Positions 1 through 13,226 of a stretch of DNA of 64,000 bases are shown here, piece by piece. The stretch comes from Macrostomum lignano. Its lineage: Eukaryota. The position numbers were made by a program, and so were the translations under genes. The notes under the pieces are model-generated. The model was not told the DNA's origin and did no database searches. It saw only the letters and a list, made by a program, of their open reading frames with translations. Numbering within the stretch: the first letter of the stretch is position 1; every line of letters begins with the position of its first letter. The DNA is taken from assembly GCA_002269645.1 (NCBI GenBank), contig NIVC01000382.1, forward strand, positions 372,001 to 436,000. The letters are read 5' to 3'.

Positions 1-206
1 CCCATATTCCAGATCCCTAATCCCATATTCCAGATCCCTAATCCCTTATTCCAGATCCCTAAATCCCATATTCCAGATCCCTAAATCCCATATTCCAAAT
101 CCCTAATCCCTTATTCCAGATCCCTAATCCCATATTCCAAATCCCTAATCCCTTATTCCAGCACCCTAAATCCCATATTCCAGATCCCTAATCCCTAATC
201 CCATAT
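1..206. repeat. 20-21 bp minisatellite (cccatattccagatccctaat), intronic upstream of the UPF2 last exon
   Basis: About 10 visible copies; each unit contains CCCTAA. Confidence 0.9.
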
Positions 207-274
207 AGATCCTCTTATTGATTAAGCCCTCTTGATTAAGCCCAAGGGCAACCCTTAACCCAAATCATTCGCAG

Positions 275-1101
275 AACGCGTGGCCGCCAAGCTTCAACAG
301 CAAAGCGACACAGCAGCTCGCGGTCAGTTGACCACGATAGTTGAAGCCTCCGGCGTCGCAGGTGCCACCTCGACAGCTTCGGGCACGTCAGCGACTGAAG
401 ACGAAGACGATGAGGACGATGATGATGAAGAAGAGGACGGAGATGACGAGAGAGGCGGCGGGAAGCGACGTTCCGGTGGACGGAATCATCGTCGGGATGA
501 CGCTGGCACCGACGGTGATAATCCAGAAGGCGAAGACGACGCCGACAGAGCATCATCGAACTCGGCGACTCCCCAGCGGCGACAGTCGCCCAGGCCGGAG
601 CTGATGGCCTGCCCGGAGGACGAGGAATTCATTCGAGCTTTCGAACGAACTCTGGCTGTGGAAGGTGGCGTGGGCGGCGGCGTCGGCGGCGGCGTCGGTG
701 GCCCGCCCGGGTTTCTGTCCGCTTCCGGCGATCCGAATTCCATCGCCTGTGCCTCCAATTCTCCAGCCGCTGACGCTCCGGCTGCTGGCACCGTGGCCTT
801 CACCGTCATGGCCCGCCGTGGCGGCAACTTGCGCAACCAGCCTGTGGTGCGGCTGCCGGCCGACAGCCACCTGGCCAGGCGTTACCTGGCCGCCGTTGAA
901 GCCGACGCCAGAGAGCGAGAGGCTGTCAAACGAGCCACGCTGAGCATCACGGAGGCGCAGATGCGGCGAGACGAAGCTGCGGATGAGGCGGCAGCGGCAG
1001 CTGCGATTGCCGATGCGGAGGTGCCGCATCTCATCGGCCACAGGCAGCGCGGCGGCGGCGGCGGGCGCTGGCAGCACCGACAGGGCGGAGCTGGCAGGTA
1101 A
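275..1101 (+). CDS. UPF2: Regulator of nonsense transcripts 2 (UPF2), 3' terminal coding exon; upstream exons lie outside the window
   Basis: Acidic D/E tract, then CPEDEEFIRAFERTL...TVAFTVMARRGGN...LPADSHLA...EREAVKRATLSITE. This aligns motif by motif with the UPF2 C-terminal UPF1-binding region (human CVEDEDFIQALDKMM...TMPFVMLTRKGN...VPMSSQLA...ERMRMKKLTLDINE). Acceptor cattcgcag at 266-274; stop TAA at 1099-1101. Confidence 0.88.
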
Positions 1102-1120
1102 TTGGCGTGCGGGTCTGTGT

Positions 1121-1312
1121 CCCAGATCCCCAGTTTCTGGGCCAGCCTCCCAGATCCCCAGTTGCTGAGCCAGCCTCCCAGATCCCCAGTTGCTGGGCCA
1201 GCCTCCCAGATCCTCAGTTGCTGGGCCAGCCTCTCAGATACCCAGTTACTGGGCCAGCCTCCCAGATCCCCAGTTACTGGGCCAGCCTCCCAAATCCTCA
1301 GTTGCTGGGCCA
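1121..1312 (+). repeat. 28-bp minisatellite (cccagatccccagttgctgggccagcct) at the start of the UPF2 3' UTR
   Basis: About 7 tandem copies directly after the stop codon. Confidence 0.9.
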
Positions 1313-2029
1313 GGAAAAACCGCTTCTACAAGCTAAGCAGCAATTAAATTTCATTTCCAGATATTGAACCCGAGTTTCTGCTGCTATCAACTCTGCTTTT
1401 TTAACTTAAAAAACTAAAGTCTGTCTTCAAGTAAAAAATTAACAATTCTTGTAGTTAGTACTTGTCTGCCTTTTATTTAGCAAATTTATAAGGTAACAAA
1501 ACGTGCATCTGCTTGGTATGTTCCCAGCTAATCTGTACAGCTTATAGCTCATGCCTGTGTAATTTTGTGTTGCCAAATATATATAAAATATGCATAAAGT
1601 CAAGTTGGTTTATTACCTGTTCACAATATTCAGACATTAAAGAAACTTCAAACAAAAATTATTGTGCAATTTTATTATTATTAATTCACCATAATTATTT
1701 TATTAACATCAAGCAATCAGCAATAAGTATTAATTGAAGAGAGAGATTAATCGGTGCTATTAAAACTTACAGCAAGAAGTAATACGCATTTATGAGTAGA
1801 AAGACGAATAACAGGTCTGCATTGACATAAATCAAGAGGAAAAGCATGATAGCTCGTGTTATTAACAATGCGGCGATGGGAATGAGATTGGGATATCATT
1901 GAAGTTTTAATTATACATAATTGATTGGTTGCGAGTATGGTTGCGATGAATTACGGTTACCAAGCATTCTTGATATATGTTAATCTGCTTAAACCTTTGC
2001 TGTGGCAAATTAGACAACTACAGATACAG

Positions 2030-2590
2030 GATTCCTAGTTGCTAGGGATTTTCCACGGTTCCTAGGGATTTCCTATAGATACTAGGGATTTCCTATAAAT
2101 ACTAGGGATTTCCTATAGATACTAGGGATTTCCTATAAATACTAGGGATTTCCTATAGATACTAGGGATTTCCTATAAATACTAGGGATTTCCTATAGAT
2201 ACTAGGGATTTCCTATAGATACTAGGGATTTCCTATAGTTGCTAGGGATTTCCTATAGACGCTAGGGATTTCCTATAGACGCTAGGGATTTTCCACGGTT
2301 GCTAGGAATTTCCTATGGATACTTGAAATTTTCATTGTTGCTAGGGATTTTCTATGGTTGCTAGGGATTTCCAATAGATGCTAGGGATTTCCATTGTTGC
2401 TAGAGATTTTCTATAGATACTAGGGATTTCCCATGGTTGCTAGGGATTTCCTATAGACGCTAGGGATTTTCCACGGTTGCTAGGAATTTCCTATAGATAC
2501 TAGAAAATTTCATTGTTGCTAGGGATTTCCTATGGTTGCTAGGGATTTCCTATAGTCGCTAGGGCTTTCCCATGGTTGCTAGGGATTTTC
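2030..2590. repeat. 20-bp minisatellite (actagggatttcctatagat)
   Basis: About 28 copies, degenerate at the edges; the unit contains a tagg/ccta mini-hairpin. Confidence 0.9.
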
Positions 2591-2804
2591 CATAAATAAT
2601 TGAGTTTTAATAGTTGCATAGATAACCTATTTACTCATATATTTATATACCTAAGATTTTGCATAGTTACTGGGGCTTCCCCTTATAATTATCTATTTTT
2701 GCCATGCCCAACCATGATAAAATGCCATTTTGATGCGCTGTTACATAATGAAGAAGCGAGCTGGTCGTACAATATATGAATAATGTTACACGTAAGTCAA
2801 TCCG

Positions 2805-3064
2805 TCAGACGAAGCTGACTGTGAAATACGAGGATTTCCCTTCACCTGACGATGACGGTTGCGAGGGACGCCGTTTTGAGTCGATCATCATTTTCTGCCC
2901 GCTGTTGCCGCCACCGTCGCCAGGGTAACGGAAAGTCATGTAGGCATTTTGCACCTCAGCTGCTGCGGTTTGCTGATTGGCTGCCGGCAAGACTGTCTGA
3001 TAGGTGGGCTGCTGGAGTCGCCTCGAGTTAACGCCGTCTGCGTAGTGACTCGGGCCTTTGAGCG
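2805..3064 (-). CDS. Protocadherin exon 6 (terminal cytoplasmic exon, ends ...YFTVSFV*)
   Basis: Acceptor tttactgtattccag; open frame to TGA; phase-compatible with exon 5; the C-terminal S-F-V is a class I PDZ-binding-like motif. Confidence 0.7.
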
Positions 3065-3653
3065 CTGGAATACAGTAAATAAAATTGTTTGCATGGCTAA
3101 GGGAATTACACTTGTATTAGTGCAGTACAGTCCAAGCGTACATGTATCTACGAGTATATCAGTGGCAGGTGTCCAGAGGTAATATATTGGCGGACCTCCA
3201 AGTCTCTTTGTTGAGTGTCCAAGGGGAATTACTGGAGATCGAATTTCAGAGGAAATTTTCGATGGGTCTTTAGGAGAATTTTTGTCGGTGTGCAGGAAAG
3301 TTATTGGAGGTTTTTCAGGAGAATTACTGACGGGTGTCCAGGGGAATTACTGAAGTGTGTCAAGGGGATTTACGGGGGCTGTCCAGGAAAACAGTCAATT
3401 ACAGTACTGTTCATGCAATACAATGTCAAAGACAATGTACATGGGGGGCGTCAAGGCTTACAATCAAGTTGGGACAGATTTATCAATTGCTTTCCTAATT
3501 TTATTTACGAGTAAATTATACATAACATGTCGTTCCACATTCTTTAGAGTAAAAAATCCTATTTCGCTGTAATCCTACTATAAGTAAGCGATTAAAAATC
3601 TGAGCATAAAAATATAAACAAAATTAAAATAAAATTACAAGGCCAACTCTTAC

Positions 3654-3750
3654 GCATTCTACAGTCGTCAGCCAGTTCGAACAGCGAGTCCTGACCGCGG
3701 CTTTGCACCGGCTGCTCCGCACCCAGTGTGGCACAGTTGCCATAGCGACC
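3654..3750 (-). CDS. Protocadherin exon 5 (GRYGNCATLG...LADDCRM)
   Basis: Acceptor ccctcacag and donor GTAAGA; 97 nt, phase 0 in and phase 1 out, which fits both neighbours. DDCRMP across the junction weakly resembles the protocadherin CM2 ending DxCWMP. Confidence 0.6.
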
Positions 3751-4104
3751 CTGTGAGGGGAGGGTGTTACATATATAGTTTTGAGCTTGCGTTTCGGTAA
3801 GCTTTCTGTCAATTATTTATGAAGAATTTTATTAATTTAAAAGATACTGTGTAGAACATTTACACAGTTGATCAACATGCAAATTTTTAGCTCGTAGTTT
3901 AATCGCTGAAGTGGGAATTTTTCGGACCCCCCTGGCTCGAGTGAATAAATGCATTAAATTATGAGCCTAATTCAACAACTTTTTCATCTTGCAGTTTGCC
4001 AGCATTCAAGTGTATCGTCCACAATTGTTATTGCGTTGAATTCTGCATGACTGTGCACTAAATACACCGCTTCTGGCTAAAATTCTTGAAAGAAGAAATT
4101 CTAG

Positions 4105-4505
4105 ACAGACAGGGAGATAGACGAGAGGGAGATAAATGAGAGGAGATAGATGATGTAGAGATAGATGAGAGAGAGATAGATGAGAGGGAGATAGGAGAGG
4201 GAGATAGATGAGAGGGAGATAGATGAGAGAGAGATAGATAAGAGAGAGATAGATGAGAGGGAGATAGATGAGAGGGATATAGATGAGAGGGAGATAGATG
4301 AGAGGGAGATAGATAAGAGAGAGATAGATTAAAGGAGATAGATGAGAGGGCGATTGATGAGAGGGAGATAGATGAGAGATAGACGGATGAGAGGGAGATA
4401 GATAGAGGGAGATGGGAGAGATGGAGAGGAGATGTATGAGAGGGAGATGAAAGGCAGATAGATGAGATGGAGATAGATGAGATGGAGATAGATGAGAGGG
4501 AGATA
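4105..4505. repeat. GA-rich low-complexity repeat (gatagatgagaggga)n
   Basis: Visible period of about 15 bp. Confidence 0.85.
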
Positions 4506-5117
4506 AATGTGATCCCGGCAGATCTACAAGAACCCTCCTACTAAACCGTTACTTTGCCCTTTCAATTGCTGAGGATAGAACAGCTACACAACAAAGAGCC
4601 AACCCCAAGATAGATGAGACGGTTGACTGCACAAAGCAAGCTATGGAAACTCCTTTCTGCGTGTTATAAGAGCCATGGCTGCTGCAGTTGGCAGCCGAAG
4701 GCCTGTCAGGATGGCCAAGCCAATATTCCTTAATAGACCCGCCTCAGAATTGATTGTCAACAGATGACGCACTTAGTTCTCTTCGGTTGGTTGCTAAGGG
4801 CTGTTCTGTCTGCCTGGTGGTATGTAGGCGGCAACTGGGCGGCGGTGCTGTTCCAACTACAGGCGTTTTTTTTTCTTGCTCGGCAAAATACCAAAGTTGT
4901 AAAACCAAGTGAACAGGCCTTGGCTTGCCCGACTGTCTGTCTGTCTTTGTCTGCAGAATGCGTTCTGCATCACCTGTTCAGCGATGGCTCCTGTGTAGCT
5001 TCTGCCTTCTGGCTTTGCCTCGGCAAACATTTTCGGAGTCTTAAGTATGAAAGCTTTGGCACTTTACTCATTTCCTGGTTCACACTAGTCTTCTCCCACT
5101 GACACCTGCAGAGGTCT

Positions 5118-5465
5118 CTCCCCTGACAACCTGCTGTCTTCCCCTGACAACCTGCTGTCTTCCCCTGACACCCTGCTGTCTTCCCCTGACACCCTGCTGT
5201 CTTCCCCCTACACCCTGCTATCTTCCCCCTACACCCTGCTGTCTTCCCCTGACACCCTACTGTCTTCCCCTGACACCGTGCTGTCTTCCCCTGACACCCT
5301 GCTGTCTTCCCCTGACACCCTACTGTCTTCCCCTGACACCCTATTGTCTTCCCCTGACACCCTGCTGTCTTCCCCTGACACCCTGCTGTCTTCCCCTGAC
5401 ACCCTACTGTCTTCCCCTGACACCCTGCTGTCTTCCCCCAACACCCTGCTGTCTTCCCCTGACAG
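5118..5465. repeat. 21-bp minisatellite (ccctgacaccctgctgtcttc)
   Basis: About 16 copies. Confidence 0.9.
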
Positions 5466-5561
5466 CCTGCTGCCTCTCAACGCTGGTTGTGTTGACGATG
5501 TCCCCAAAGCCGTGGCGCCAGGGGTGCCCGCAGTGTCCCACCGGGTCCCACAGTTCCTCAC

Positions 5562-5791
5562 CCCGACGCCTCCAACAGCTGCCGCTTTGCCATCGAGTCG
5601 AACAGTAGTCTGCAGGCCGGAGCTCGGCGAGATAAACTGCCGCTGCACGCCAGTCTCTGCGCTGCATTTCTCCTCTTCATCGATTGTCACGGAGTCGTCA
5701 GTGAAGGAGTCGCGTCTCTGTTGCTGTGGGCGCTGGACTGAGTGCAGCTGCGGGCCCGCCGTGGCCTTCGGCATCAGAAACATTCGGCCAC
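5562..5791 (-). CDS. Protocadherin exon 4 (cytoplasmic); donor position uncertain
   Basis: Acceptor gactcaacag at 5792-5801; phase 1 joins exon 3. The best phase-0 donor is GGG|GTGAGG at 5561. Confidence 0.6.
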
Positions 5792-5827
5792 CTGTTGAGT
5801 CAGGAATGAGGCGAAAATCTGGCGTTT

Positions 5828-6800
5828 AATTCTATTATATTATATTCTATTCTATTCTATTCTATTCTATTCTATTCCATTCTATTCTGTTCTATTCTGT
5901 TCTATTCTATTCTATTCTATTCTATTCTATTCTATTCTATTGTATTCCATTCCATTCCATTCCATTCCAGTCTATTCTATTCTATTTTATTCTATTCTAT
6001 TCTATTCCATTCTATTCTATTCTATTCTATTCCATTCCATTCCATTCCAGTCTATTCCATTCTATTTTATTCTATTCTATTCTATTCTATTCTATTCTAT
6101 TCTATTCTATTCTATTCTATTCTATTCTATTCTATTCTATTCTATTCTATTCTATTCTATTCTATTATATTCTATTCTATTCTATTCTATTTTATTCTAT
6201 TCTATTCTATTCCATTCCATTCCATTCCAGTCTATTCTATTCTATTCTATTCTATTCTGTTCTATTCTATTCTATTCTATTCTATTCTATTCTATTCTAT
6301 TCTATTCTATTCTATTCTATTCCATTCCATTCCATTCTATTCTATTTAATTCTATTCTCTTCTATTCTATTCTATTCTATTCTATTCTATTCCATTCTAT
6401 TCCATTCCATTCCAGTCTATTCTATTCTATTTTATTCTATTCTATTCTATTCCATTCTATTCTATTCTATTCTATTCCATTCCATTCCATTCCATTCCAT
6501 TCCAGTCTATTATATTCTATTTTATTCTATTCTATTCCATTCTATTCTATTCTATTCTATTCTATTCTGTTCTATTCTATTCTATTCTATTCTATTCTAT
6601 TCTATTCTATTCTATTCTATTCTATTCTATTCTATTCTATTCCATTCCATTCCATTCTATTCTATTTTATTCTATTCTCTTCTATTCTATTCTATTCTAT
6701 TCTATTCCATTCTATTCCATTCCATTCCAGTCTATTCTATTCTATTTTATTCTATTCTATTCCATTCTATTCTATTCTATTCTATTCTATTCTGTTCTAT
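5828..6800. repeat. (ATTCT)n/(ATTCC)n microsatellite, about 970 bp
   Basis: Direct reading of the sequence. Confidence 0.95.
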
Positions 6801-7209
6801 TCATTCAGCCCTATCACCGGCTTTGCCCATATAACATGCCAACTTAGCATAACGCAACTTTGCCTGCAAGACGCAATCAAAAGTAAATCTTGCTTTTTTC
6901 ACGGAAATGTTGCCAGTTTTTGCAAATGCGCAGCTCCCTGAGCCACATCGAGAGGGTTGTATTTCAACCGGGGTAACATTTTGCTACATTGGCATCATTA
7001 ACTGCAGCGTCATCATGTTCTGAGGAAGACCTGCACTGTAAAAGTTATCAACTTTTCCTGTACCAAAACTTCTTTCCAGCTTCGGGGGCTTCTCTTTGTG
7101 ACGGCAAAGTTTTGCTTTAATGACTGACTCTCGGTACAGAATTAGAATAAATTCGAACCATTGGATGGACTGTGAAACTGTACTCTGCTTTTCCACATCG
7201 CTTTCTGTT

Positions 7210-7556
7210 GCCTGCTGTCTGCTGTCTGCTGTCTGCTGTCTGCTGTCTACTGTCTGCTGTCTGCTGTCTACTGTCTGCTGTCTACTGTCCACTGTCTGCT
7301 GTCTGCTGTCTGCTGTCTGCTGTCTGCTGTCTGCTGTCTACTGTCCACTGTCTGCTGTCTGCTGTCTGCTGTCTGCTGTCTGCTGTCTGCTGTCTACTGT
7401 CTGCTGTCTGCTGTCTACTGTCTGCTGTCTACTGTCCACTGTCTGCTGTCTGCTGTCTGCTGTCTGCTGTCTGCTGTCTGCTGTCTGCTGTCTACTGTCT
7501 GCTGTCTGCTGTCTGCTGTCTGCTGTCTGCTGTCTGCTGTCTACTGTCTGCTGTCT
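7210..7556. repeat. (CTGTCTG)n heptamer repeat
   Basis: Direct reading of the sequence. Confidence 0.95.
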
Positions 7557-8024
7557 GGTGTATTAGAAGTCACTCATTGCTTGACACAGGGGGAAAATCT
7601 CCAGGGAATCCAATGCAGATGGGGTGGTGGTGCTAATCTCAACCATCGTCTCAAATTTCTAATCTAAAATCAATGTCGCTCTTTAATCGCGGCTCTAAAA
7701 ATCTAGGAAGAGGTGGGCGATGAAGAGGAAGCTGGGTGAAAAACCAACAGCCTGCTGGTGATGAGGGTATCAAACGCTTCACAATATGAGTCACGAACAT
7801 ACTTAGATTGTCAATATACAATATATCTAAGTCTCTTAGGGATTCAAATCGTGATCGTGATTAGCTCGCACCATTCAGACTAGCGACTCAATTCTAGCCA
7901 TCTCAAGTGACTGCTGAGTCGCTTGTTGCTGAATTGCAATTGCTGTTGAAGAGATTCTTTTTCCTTTGAATTTCACCACTCTCAAATATGCGGCTTTTAT
8001 CGCGGGCTTCATTTGTAGGGCTTG

Positions 8025-8360
8025 CTCTATCTCTCCCCAATATCTTTCCCCCCTAATCTCTCTCTTCCTTATCCCTCTCTCCCTTATCTCTCTCCCTTAT
8101 CTCTCCCCCCTATCTCTCTTCCTTATCTCTCTCCCTTACCTCTCTCCCTTATCTCTCTCCCTCATCTCTCTCCCTTATCTCTCCCTTATCTCTCCCTCTA
8201 TCTCTCTCCCCTATCTCTCCCTTACCTCTCTCCCTTATCTCTCCCTTATCTCTCTCCCCTATCTCCCCCCTTATATCTCTCCCTTACATGTATCTCCCTC
8301 TTTCTGATCTCTCTCCCTTATCTCTCTCTCTCTCTCTCCCCCTCTCTCTCTCTCTTTTCC
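8025..8360. repeat. CT-rich low-complexity repeat
   Basis: Direct reading of the sequence. Confidence 0.85.
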
Positions 8361-10047
8361 TTTATCTCTGTTTTCCTTATCTCTCTGCTTTTGTGTTTCC
8401 AGTTTGTCTATATTTTTTCCTTCTCCCACTGGGGGCCCCTTTATCTCTCTCCCCGTACCTTTCTTGTATTCTTTTTTCTCATAATCTGTCCACATTAACA
8501 CCTTTCGTTTTACGAGTATCCAATCCCCTGCCTTAAATCTGCAGCTGTCCCACTTTTTTTCCAATTCTTCCCTTTTATCTCTAAAATTTTTTATTGGCGG
8601 CCTTACCCGCGGGAGACAGCGGTGGATGAGACAGATGAATTCAAGCTACTCATGTTTTTCCTTGTCCTTCAGAAATATCAGACAAAAGCTCTGCTTCTTC
8701 AGGAAGGGAACGGGACGGCTCGATACATTTGTGACTAGCAGGGGAAGAGCCAAAAAGAAGTGGGGGAAAGCCAATATTTTAACTGCCGGTGAATGAATCT
8801 ACACAGCTAGGGGAAGGTGAAAAAATCCCCCTAGGTGTCAATACATTTCTATTGTTCCCCAACGCTCTTACAAGCAAACGCGTTTCTGTTTCCTACAAAA
8901 CTGGCTTTTCGACTGTTCAAATACTCGTAATGAGGCTTCTTCAATAGACGGAGAATTGCTTCTTTTAGAAGCACGCGCAACACGAGCGGGTAATTAAAGT
9001 ATATAGATTTTTTTCGGAACGCACCGAAAGATCCATCAATGTTTTCCAAGCTCTCCTCTCCTGTCTGTCTGCTCTGCCCGGTTTTTTAATCATCATCAGC
9101 TAAGACAAATAGCTGGTACCGCAGTTCCAGACTCTCCAGATTTCTGCTAAAACGTTTAGTTGCCAAGGCCAATGGGGGTTTTGGGGCGTCGAATGTTTTG
9201 ACAGGAATGCGTTACGCTATGGCTGACTCCCTTCATTGGCCAGTAGCCTAGAAGCGGCATAAATCTTCGATTTCTAATTAGCTGACAAAACAGTCAAAGC
9301 GGACCAGTTTGTACTGAATTATTGGAGCTGTAGCTATCTGACAGTGGGGAGCTAACTTAGCCAGAAGGGTAGATATATCTCAGCCAATTCCCAGGGGAAA
9401 TTATTCCCCACTACACTATACTCTACCTACTTAACTCAATATCAATCAAGACAGTGAAATTGTTAACTGTAACAGACACTGCTATTCAATTGGCAATTAT
9501 CTATATGCCTCTGTGTCTATCTACTTATATACACATATATATTCTCCCATAGGATTAGCGCAAGTCTTCAGTGTCTGATTTGATTTGGCTCCCCGCGCGA
9601 TATCCGTGTTAATTTTAACAGGAGTGGGCCGGACTGAAAGTTGTTGTATAGAATGAGTGCAGTGGGCCGCAGTGCAAGCCTTCCCTATAAGCGTGGATTA
9701 AGTCTGAGAGCTGCTTCGGACTGTCCGATGAAAGATATCAGTTGTGCTGGGCAAACTAATTAGGCCCGTTTCCTTCATCTGAGCTCAATCCGCCAGTCAG
9801 GCGAGTCTCTGTGTGAGGGTTGAGGGGTCAGTTAGAGTCGCAGGCCATGCAGCATTAGAGGGGTGAGAGAGAGTGACACAGGACCAGCGAGAGAGGAATA
9901 TAAAGAGAGGGATGGGCATTTAATCAGCCAATTTCCTGTCTTAATCCGACTTGCGACTTGGGCTAAAACCCCTCACCCTATCCTGGCTTATAGCCCGCGG
10001 TTCTGGCTCTCAGCTACTCTCTGATGAGACAAGTGCGCTGCAGATTG

Positions 10048-10576
<529 letters not shown>

Positions 10577-11004
10577 CTTTCATGTAGGTTCCAGTGCCGC
10601 CGTATGCGGACGGTCCAGCAGCTTCCGAGGCCGCCGCCCTAGCCACCGCGGCTGCACTGGCATCCTTCCTGAGCCTCTTGCGCAGCAGCACCACGGACAG
10701 AATAAGCACAGCAGCCAGGATCACGGATGCCACCACCAGAGCGGCAATCACGATGCCCTCGGTGTTGGAGCTTCTCAGCGACAGGTTGCCCCTGAACCCG
10801 CCGCCTCCCTTCGGCATCCTGGAGTCATCGATAGAGTGTCCGTCACCCGGCCTCGAAGGCGGCTGGGACGAGCCGCCAGGTGCGCGGTCTCCGGGACGGG
10901 AGCCTCCGGGCTGCCTGCCGCCGCCTTCGAAAGTCACCACGATTGACTTTCGGCTGACCTCGCGCGGGTGACTCGGCTCAAATACTTCCAGGTTGAGCTT
11001 GTAT
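10577..11004 (-). CDS. Protocadherin exon 3 (end of EC7, transmembrane helix, start of cytoplasmic tail)
   Basis: Hydrophobic stretch GIVIAALVVASVILAAVLILSVVLL followed by RKRLRK; acceptor aaaccccag, donor G|GTTAGT. Confidence 0.85.
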
Positions 11005-11039
11005 CTGGGGTTTAGGTTTTTATGGTGCATGAACAGGTT

Positions 11040-11305
11040 CAGTTGGATAAAGACTCTCTAGGAGGGTTCTGTTGGATAAAGACTCTTTAGGAGGGTTCTA
11101 TTGGATAAAGACTCTTTAGGAGGGTTCTATTGGATAAAGACTCTTTAGGAGGGTTCTGTTGGATAAAGACTCTTTAGGAGGGTTCTATTGGATAAAGACT
11201 CTTTAGGAGGGTTCTGTTGGATAAAGACTCTCTAGGAGGGTTCAGTTGGATAAAGACTCTTTAGGAGGGTTCTGTTGGATAAAGACTCTTTAACAGGTTC
11301 TGTTG
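11040..11305. repeat. 30-bp intronic minisatellite (ttggataaagactctttaggagggttctg)
   Basis: About 8-9 copies. Confidence 0.9.
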
Positions 11306-11379
11306 GAAAAGTCGGAGAAAGTTAATAGAAAAGTCGGAGGCACATATGCACATACGCGGGTAAGAGCTAGTCTACTCAC

Positions 11380-12386
11380 CTAGCAAAGTGGCATAATTTA
11401 GGAGCAGACTTCACAAAAATCTGTCCAGTATTTTTGTCCACAGCAAAACTGTGCCACTGTTGCTGCTGTTGCTGTCTGCCCTGACGCCCCTGCACCACCT
11501 GCAGAGACAGGGTTGCCACCCCAGCTAGTCGGTAACTGCGCTGTTTGAAAGCTTCGCTAACATCCTCGTCGACAGCTTCCAGCTCCTTGTTAGCAATCGG
11601 CAGGATGTGATTCTCAACCGATTCGTCGCAAGTCACATTGACAGCCACCGGAGCGGCGGACCGGAACTTCGGCCGGTTGTCGTTGCAGTCCAGCACGCGG
11701 ATCACCACGCTGGCTGTGCTGCTGAGCTTAGGCAAGCCGACATCTGTGGCCAGAATGTCCAAGTTGTGCTGCGACAAACCAGACGGTCCTTCCAGGTCAA
11801 GTCGGCCACGGAGAGAGATCTCTCCGGAGTTGGAGTCAACTCGAAACAGGCGCTGCAATTCCTGCAGCTGCTGCCGCTGTTGCTGGCTGTGAAAGTACAG
11901 GGAGGAGAGCTGAGGCGGCGGAGCTAGGGAGTACAGTACCCGACCGTTCTCGCCCAGATCCCTGTCGGTAGCGAATACTGCCCCGATCGCACTACCAACG
12001 CTAGCATTTTCGAATACTTCGAAGATTAACGGGCCAGTATGATTGAACTCAGGTGAGCAGTCGTTCACGTCTAGAATTCTTGCCGAGACTTCAACGGTGG
12101 CTCGGTGATGCTTTGGTGGTTCCACTGTTGTAGAGGGAGCATCGCTGTTGCTATGCATGGATGGGCTGTCGATCCAGTCGATTACCGTGATATTGAAGCG
12201 ATAGAAGTCGCAAGTTTCCCTGTCAAAATCTTTCGTAGTGGTCAAAGAGTAATGAAAACTACCAGAGTCGCTAGGGAAGCCTCCTTGATTCACCACCCGG
12301 AAATTCTCGGCGCCGTCCCCTGTCAGTACGAATTCGCGTTGCTTTGAAGAGCCGAATCTGTCCAAGTCTGGGTCGATTATTTTGAG
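11380..12386 (-). CDS. Protocadherin exon 2 (EC5-EC7)
   Basis: Cadherin motifs IIDPDLD, DFDRE, ILDVNDCSPEF, ATDRDLGENG, VLDCNDNRPKF; acceptor ttcccgcag, donor AG|GTGAGT. Confidence 0.92.
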
Positions 12387-12429
12387 CTGCGGGAAGGCGT
12401 TTTGGATGATGGCCAGTGTGTACACTGAT

Positions 12430-13170
12430 GGGGTGGTGGGTGCTAGTTGGGGCTATAGTTTATGGTCAGTGTGTAGATTGTTGGGGTGGGGTGCTAGTTG
12501 GGGCTATAGTTTATGGTCAGTGTGTAGATTGTTGGGGTGGTGGGTGCTAGTTGGGGCTATAGTTTATGGTCAGTGTGTAGATTTTTGGGGTGGGGTGCTA
12601 GTTGGGGCTATAGTTTATGGTCAGTGTGTAGATTGTTGGGGTGGGGGTGCTAGTTGGGGCTATAGTTTATGGTCAGTGTGTAGATTGTTGGGGTGGTGGG
12701 TGCTAGTTGGGGCTATAGTTTATGGTCAGTGTGTAGATTGTTGGGGTGGGGTGCTAGTTGGGGCTATAGTTTATGGTCAGTGTGTAGATTGTTGGGGTGG
12801 GGGTGCTAGTTGGGGCTATAGTTTATGGTCAGTGTGTAGATTGTTGGGGTGGTGGGTGCTAGTTGGGGCTATAGTTTATGGTCAGTGTGTAGATTGTTGG
12901 GGTGGGGTGCTAGTTGGGGCTATAGTTTATGGTCAGTGTGTAGATTGTTGGGGTGGTGGGTGCTAGTTGGGGCTATAGTTTATGGTCAGTGTGTAGATTG
13001 TTGGGGTGGTGGGTGCTAGTTGGGGCTATAGTTTATGGCCAGTGTGTAGATTGTTGGGGTGGTGGGTGCTAGTTGGGGCTATAGTTTATGGCCAGTGTGT
13101 AGATTGTTGGGGTGGTGGGTGCTAGTTGGGGCTATAGTTTATGGCCAGTGTGTACAGTGATGGGGTGGTG
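12430..13170. repeat. 48-53 bp G-rich minisatellite filling protocadherin intron 1
   Basis: About 14 copies of ttggggctatagtttatggtcagtgtgtagattgttggggtggtgggtgctag. Confidence 0.92.
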
Positions 13171-13226
13171 GGTGCTATTTGAGGCTGGTTCATGTAAGTG
13201 CGGCGAGACACAAACCAGCAACTTAC

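Noticed and set aside
13122-13226. C-terminal extension of the 550-aa protocadherin ORF (VSCWFVSRR...)
   Set aside because: Intron read-through; the AAG|GTAAGT donor joined to 12386 restores the cadherin motif VYK-LKIIDPD.
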